Source: Eledone cirrhosa
Lineage: Eukaryota
Assembly (NCBI GenBank): GCA_964016885.1
Contig: OZ024765.1
Location: 14,260,001-14,324,000 of the forward strand
Direction of reading: 5' to 3'
Length of the DNA stretch: 64,000 nucleotides
Below the pieces are notes generated by a model. That model saw nothing but the letters and a program-made list of their open reading frames with translations, had not been told where the DNA came from and did not search any database. A program made the translations under genes and the position numbers. Positions 56,569 through 64,000 of this stretch are shown piece by piece. The stretch's first letter is position 1; each line of letters starts with the position of its first letter.

Positions 56569-56693
56569 CTAGAAATAGTAAAGAAAAAGAAAATGATAGG
56601 TGATAACAAAATTAACAGTCTCAAAATGCCTAAATTGTGGAATATATGTATATATAAGTTATAAGAATCAAAGTTCTGTTCAAATCATTTATA

Positions 56694-56740
56694 TGCTTAC
56701 AATTGTTTCCTCCAAACCGAGGTTTGGATTCTTCGGAGCA
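56694..56740 (-). ncRNA. Second copy of the CCGAAGA-core hammerhead variant
   Basis: tgct-CCGAAGA-atccaaacctcggtttggag-GAAA-caattg-TA-agca, identical in this span to 16530. Confidence 0.6.
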
Positions 56741-57184
56741 ATTTATTAATGAATGATCACATATATGACCTCCTTTTCAACCCAAGAGACATACAGATAC
56801 ATATGCAAATATTGTTGCTTGGAATATATGTATATGAATATTTGCCAGCTGAGTGAACTGGAGCAACATGAAATAATGTATCTTAACGTAGTTCTCAGGG
56901 AGATTCAGCATGACACAGAATGTGACAAGGCTGGCCCTTCAAATTATAAGTACAACTCATTTTTGCCGGCTGAGTGAACCGGAGTAACGTGAAATAACGA
57001 GTCTTAACCCTTTAGCATTTAAACCGCCCACATCCGGCCATAACTTTCTCACCTCTTTCTGTTGAAATCAGACCTAACTAGCCATTCATACTGATGTTAA
57101 GGTATTGTTCTCAAAATAAATAACATCAAAATCTCATAGATTCGATAGTATGTGGGGTATTATGTAAGATAAAGCCTTTACCGT

Positions 57185-58012
57185 GTGGACTGGGTGCTTT
57201 TTGTTGTGACACCTACATGACCATTTTACAGTGTGGACTGGGTGCTTTTTGTTGTGACACCTACATGACCACTTTACAGTGTGGACTGGGTGCTTTTTGT
57301 TGTGACACTGACATGACCACTTTACAGTGTGGACTGGGTACCTTTTGTTGTGACACCTACATGACCATTTTACAGTGTGGACTGGGTGCTTTTTGTTGTG
57401 ACACCTACATGACCACTTTACAGTGTGGACTGGGTGCTTTTTGTTGTGACACTGACATGACCACTTTACAGTGTGGACTGGGTACCTTTTGTTGTGACAC
57501 CTACATGACCACTTTACAGTGTGGACTGGGTACCTTTTGTTGTGACACCTACATGACCACTTTACAGTGTGGACTGGGTACTTTTTGTTGTGACACCTAC
57601 ATGACCACTTTATAGTGTGGACTGGGTGCTTTTTGTTGTGACACCCACATGACCACTTTACAGTGTGGACTAGGTGCTTTTGTTGTGCCACCTATATGAC
57701 CACTTTACAGTGTGGACTGGGTACTTTTTGTTGTGACACCTACATGACCACTTTACAGTGTGGACTGGGTACTTTTTGTTGTGACACCTACATGACCACT
57801 TTACAGTGTGGACTTGGTACTTTTTGTTGTGACACCTACATGACCACTTTACATAGTGGACTGGGTGCTTTTTGTTGTGACACCTACATGACCACTTTAC
57901 ATAGTGGACTGGGTGGTTTTTGTCATGACACCTACATGACCACTTTACAGTGTGGACTTGGTGGTTTTTGTTGTTGCACCTACATGACCACTTTACAGTG
58001 TGAACTGGGTGC
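57185..58012 (-). repeat. 48-bp minisatellite, inverted (about 17 copies)
   Basis: Reverse complement of the 30500 unit. Confidence 0.93.
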
Positions 58013-58697
58013 TTTATATTTATATACTCATACATATAAATGTATACATATGCACATACACACATATATATATCCACATGTCAGTGTGTTAAAAGAAATT
58101 CTAGTTCAGTTAAAATACTAACACAAGGGAAAGGGGTGGGTGTTTATACAGTTTAAAAAAAGAGGCAGTGTTTCAGCACAGACAGACACACAGACATACA
58201 CACAGAGAGCCTGACAAACAGAATTTCCTAGTTAATGATGGATAAAGCAGATGGGTAAGAGGTCAACGCAATGAAAGTGAAACCATATAAACATATTTAC
58301 AAACATGGCTTAGTGGTTAGAGCATTGGCCTTGCAATTGAAAGGCTGTGAGTTCAATTCTCGGACCGGGTGATGTGTTGTTTCCTTGAGCAAGACACTTT
58401 ATTTCACATTGCTCCAGTTTACTCAGCTGTAGAAATGAGATGATAGGACTGGGGTCCCTATCATTCCACTGCAAAGTGGCAAAAAAGCACCCAGCACTCA
58501 CTGTAAAGTGGATGTGTAGGCGCCACGGAAAAAAAACACCCAGCACTCACTGTAAATGAGGTTGGTGTTAGGAAGGGCATCTGGGCTGTAAAAATCAAAC
58601 CAAAATCAGTTCCCGTCCCACCCTGCAAGCAGGGAAAAGCGGACGTCAAATGATGATGATGATATATATATATACATATATACATATATACATACAT

Positions 58698-59090
58698 ATG
58701 CCTGTGATTATTGTGGCGCTGGGATATGTTAGTAACTGCCTCAGACAAATCTTGAGAAGCTGGGCTTCACAGGAACAGAAAGAACACAACTAGTTAAGAA
58801 ATTACAAGTACAATCGATTAAGGGAACAGTAAAAATATGTAAAACATTCCAAAAATTCTGCATCTAATAACTGCATATACACATGTACAGATACAAAGCA
58901 TATGCACATGCACTCATACAACTCAAAACATACACATCCACGCATACAATAACATCCATACATGCAAACATGCATACATATCTACCTAGTTGATGTTGTG
59001 TAAATTCCAATGAGAGAGTCTTGTGTCTATGTTAGAAACCGACTCTCTCTCTATTGGTAAACATTTGTGAAATTATAAAACCAGAAGAAC
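58698..59090 (+). mobile_element. R4/Dong- or NeSL-like (RLE) non-LTR 3' end
   Basis: PVIIVALGYVSNCL/TNLEKLGF...LQVQSIKGTVKICKTFQKF* (one frameshift). Followed by (CATA)n. Confidence 0.55.
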
Positions 59091-59604
59091 ATACATACAT
59101 ACATGGTGGCTGTCAACTCGTTTTCGAGTATGGCCACTACTTTATATCCATGTAGCAGAACCCCTACCGATGCGCTGAACAAGTGTGACATTTTAGTGCA
59201 GCCAGCGACTTGAAAACTCTGGTACAAACACTACACTTGTGACAATTATTGACACATAGTGCTGGGCCCATGGTACCATGTGACGACAAGTACAGAGAGA
59301 TCTCCATATATAAAGTAATGCCTGTGCCGTGAAGCTTTTATAGTGAGCAAAGGCACTGCACAAAGCCAGTCCCACTCTCTTAACCAAGATGATATTTACC
59401 AAAAAGAAGAACAAGTCAACATCATTGGATACCATCAGAGTTGCAGGTGTTGTATCATACATCATACGTACATACATACATATTATGTCTCTTCCACATG
59501 TTCACATCATCATCATCATTTTACGTCCACTTTTCCCTGCTTGCAAGGGTGGGACGGGTCCTATTCAGCACAGCATCTCTCCACTTGTCACGGTCCTTTG
59601 TCAT

Positions 59605-59850
59605 CTATCTACCTCTGTATATAAACCTGTAGGCTGAGGAAGATAAACAGATGGAAGATGGGAACACCTACAAAACGTGTTCCTGGTGTTGGGGCTTGTT
59701 CTATCCACGGGGTGTAAAACAACCCCGCAGTAACGTTCAACCCTAATGGGGATTTCAATTGTTTTATTTTATATATAGTTTATTGTTATTTATCATTGTT
59801 AAAGATTTTATGTAAAACCTCTGCCGTCACGTCTTGTAATGTCCCATTTC
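59605..59850 (+). mobile_element. Tx1-like 3' UTR fragment
   Basis: Homologous to 43850-44080 and preceded by tctatcta. Confidence 0.75.
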
Positions 59851-60547
59851 TGCATGGAGGACCGTGAGTGATTTGAGGTCAGCTCTCACCACCTCCGCCC
59901 TTGTTTTTCATGGTCTACCTCTACTACGTCTTCCTTCAACTGGCATTTCTTGGCACTTCTTCACCCATCGGTCATCCTCCACGCGTATGAATAAAAGGTT
60001 CATTTGTATGAAATAGATAAAAATTAAAACAACAATCCCACCCCTCATCAGAATCAGGCAAATAGCATCACAACACCAACAGCCTCACCACCACAACAAC
60101 ACCACCACCACAACAACACAACCACCACCAACATAACAACCACTACCACCAACATAACCACCATAACCATCACCACCACAACACCACCAACATAACAACC
60201 ACTACCACCAACATAGCCACCAACACCACTACCATAACCATCACCACAACACCACCAACATAACAACCACGACCACCAACATAACCACCACCACCACCAC
60301 CATAACCACCACCAACATAACAACCACTACCACCAACATAACCACCACCACCAACACGACCACCATAACCACCACCACCACCACCACAACACCACCAACA
60401 TAACCACCACCACCACCACCAACATAACCACCACCACTACCACCAACAACAACACTACCACCACCACAACACCACCAACACCAGAGATAGATAGATAGAT
60501 AGATAAATGGATAGATAAATAGATAGACAGGTAGGTTGGTTGGTAGA

Positions 60548-61045
60548 TAGATATGTTTCTTTATTTGCCACAGGGGCGCACAAAAATGGGACATTACAAG
60601 ACGTGACGGCGGGGGTTTTACATAAAATCTTTAACAATGATAAATAACAATAAACTATATATAAAATAAAACATTCGAAATCCCCATTAGGGGTGAACGC
60701 TATTGCAGGGTTATTTAACACCCCGTGAATAGAACAAACCTCAACACCAGGAACACGTTTTGTAGGTGTTCCTGTCTTCCCCCTGTTTATCTTCCTCAAC
60801 CTACAGGTTTATATACAGAGGTAGATAGATAGATTTCTTTATTTGCCACAAGGGCGCACATGAAAAGAGGACAATACAAAGACATGCCGGGGATTTTACA
60901 TACAGTCGTGTAAAAAAATATAAAACAAACAATTACAACAATCGAAATCCCCAATAGGGGGGGGGGGGGGAAGCGCCACAAATGGGTTCTTTAATACCCC
61001 GCCAATAGAACAACCCTCAACTCCAGGAGCGTGTTGTGCAAGTGC
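60548..61045 (-). mobile_element. Two stacked Tx1-like 3' UTRs (subfamilies C and B) on the minus strand
   Basis: Reverse complements of the 52400 and 43850 UTRs, separated and followed by (GATA)n on the plus strand. Confidence 0.8.
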
Positions 61046-63189
61046 TCATCGCGTAACATTCCATATTTAGGTATCCAAATTAATGGTTTTTGTCCACAGT
61101 CTGCAGATCTACAACACCTAGAAAAACTCACTTTCACCAATATGGCGGCATTCAGAGAGAAAATATATCTTCGTTGAACCGAGAACCAAGAGGTTGTAAA
61201 CCAAATATCTTTACCACACAGCCATGCCTGACACTCTCTGATGAGTTTAGTGGAGAAAAACAACCTTACTGTTTTAATAAGACATGGGGAAACACTTAGA
61301 TGTCTATAGTTAGCTTGTTGTTGTTGTTAATGGTGTTGGTGGTGGTGGTGTTGTGTTGGTGGTGGTGGTGGTGGTGGGCTTGTTGATTGCAGTAGTGGTG
61401 GTGGTGGTGGTGGGGGTGCTGTTGTTGGTGGTGTTGGTGTTGGCGTTGGTGTTGGTGTTGTTGGTGGTGTGTTGTTGTTGTTGGTGTTGTGGTGGTAGTG
61501 GTGATGTTGTTATTGATGGCAGTAGTGTTGTTGTTGTGGTGGTGGTGGTGGTGTTGGTGCTGTTGTTGGTCACACTGGCAGTAGTGTTGGTGTTGTTGTT
61601 GGTGGTGGTGGTGTTATGGCAGTAGTGTTTTGTTGGTGGCAGTGGTGGCGGTGGTGTTATGGCAGTAGTGTTTTGTTGGTGGCAGTGGTGGTGGTGGTGT
61701 TATGGCAGTAGTGTTGTTGTTGTTGTTAGTGTTGGTGTTGTTGTCGGTGGTGGTGGTGGTGTTGTTATGGCAGTGGTGGTGGTGGTGGTGTTATGGCAGT
61801 AGTGTTTTGTTGGTGGCAGTGGTGGTGGTGGTGTTATGGCAGTAGTGTTGTTGTTGTTGTTAGTGTTGGTGTTGTTGTCGGTGGTGGTGGTGGTGTTGTT
61901 ATGGCAGTGGTGGTGGTGGTGGTGTTATGGCAGTAGTGTTTTGTTGGTGGCAGTGGTGGTGGTGGTGTTATGGCAGTAGTGTTGTTGTTAGTGTTGTTGT
62001 TGTTGGTGGTGGTGGTGTTATGGCAGTGATGTTGTTGTTGTTATTGGTGTTGTTGTTGTTGTTGGTGGTGGTGGCAGTGGTGGTGGTGTTGGTGTTGGTA
62101 ATGATGATGGTGTTGTTGTTGTTATTGACAGTGTCGAAACTGATGTTGGTGTCAAGGACAGGAAACTTGTTACATCTGACAACCACCACCACCACCACCA
62201 CAACAACCACCACCACCACCACCACCGCGGCCGCCGCCACATCATCAACCATTACCACCACCACAACAACAACCACAACAACCACCACCACCACCACTAC
62301 CACCACAGCATCAACAACCATTACTACCACCACCACCACAACAACAACCATTACTACCACCACTACCACCACAACATCAACAACCATTACCACCACCACC
62401 ATCACAACAACAACCACAACAACCACCACCACCACTACCACCACAACATCAACAACCATTACCACCACCACCATCACAACAACAACCACAACAACCACCA
62501 CCACCACTACCACCACAACATCAACAACCATTACCACCACCACCACAACAACAACCACAACAACCACCACCACCACCACTACCACCACAGCATCAACAAC
62601 CATTACTACCACCACTACCACAACAACAACCACCACTACCACCACAACATCAACAACCATTACCACCACCACCACAACAACAACCACAACAACCACCACC
62701 ACCACCACTACCACCACAACATCAACAACCATTACCACCACCACCACAACAACAACCACAACAACCACCACCACCACTACCACCACAACGTCAACAACCA
62801 TTACCACCACCACCACAACAACAACCACAACAACCACGACCACCACTACCACCACAACATCAACAACCATTACCACCACCACCACAACAACAACCACAAC
62901 AACCACCACCACCACCACTACCACCACAACAACAGCCACCCACCACAACAACAACACCACTACAACAACCACATCAACAACACCCACAACACAAGTCTCT
63001 CCTTATAGCAACATAGATAAATAAATAAGTAAACACACACATACACACACATATATATAGGGAAAAGCGGACATAAAATGATGATGATATATACACACAC
63101 ACACACACACACATATATGTGTGTATGTATATATATATATATATATATGTGTGTATATATAAATATATATGTGTATATAAATATATATA

Positions 63190-63245
<56 letters not shown>

Positions 63246-63251
63246 TATATA

Positions 63252-63301
<50 letters not shown>

Positions 63302-63307
63302 CGTGTG

Positions 63308-63402
<95 letters not shown>

Positions 63403-63527
63403 ATATATATATGTGTGCGTGTATATATTATGAAGAAGGCAAAATGGGTCACAGCAAGAACACATTACAAGCTTAAGAGTGTATATAAATGTTTATATAC
63501 ATTGGTTTGTATATATCTACGTATATA

Positions 63528-63559
<32 letters not shown>

Positions 63560-63793
63560 CATGCATATATATATATATACATATATCATCATCAACATAT
63601 ATATATACATATATCATCATCAACATATATATATATATATATATATACACATGTATATATATGTGTTATATATATATATATGTGGTATATCTATATGTGG
63701 TATATATATACATGTATATATATATATGTGTTACATATATGCGTATTTATATATATATATATTTATATATATATGCGTATTTATATATATATT

Positions 63794-63839
<46 letters not shown>

Positions 63840-64000
63840 CCACATACATATATTCATATTTAAGTATATATTTTTCTCAAGTATTTACTGAAATAAGTTC
63901 TACTTATAGTGTATATATTCTAAAAAAAATAAACAAAAACAACATAGGTGCAGGCAGGCCTGTGTTGTTAAGGAGTTCTCTTCACAACCACTTGGTTTTA

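Noticed and set aside
61927-63024. Thr-rich mucin-like ORF
   Set aside because: (ACC/ACA)n microsatellite.

Overview
Repeat-dense, AT-rich animal DNA. The microsatellite load and SINE/LINE types suggest an octopus or another coleoid cephalopod (inference). The window contains six internal coding exons of one minus-strand gene, a PNKD-like metallo-beta-lactamase/glyoxalase II protein (THKHWDH motif). They splice in frame with canonical GT-AG sites across about 55 kb. The next 3' exon lies outside the window, and no 5' exon could be identified. Most ORF-track entries are microsatellite artefacts. The introns hold CR1-, RTE-, Tx1-, CRE- and R4-like LINE remnants, tRNA-derived SINEs, hAT, piggyBac and Helitron-like non-autonomous elements, and minisatellites made from TE fragments. 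Main signals: (1) about seven families of minimal type-I hammerhead-ribozyme motifs of the Penelope pseudo-LTR type, mostly beside (TA)n, several folded back into near-perfect palindromes that carry the motif on both strands; (2) a Tx1-like LINE group that appears to target (TATC)n in a fixed orientation; (3) repeated amplification of the same TE sub-fragments; (4) nested inverted repeat pairs around exons.
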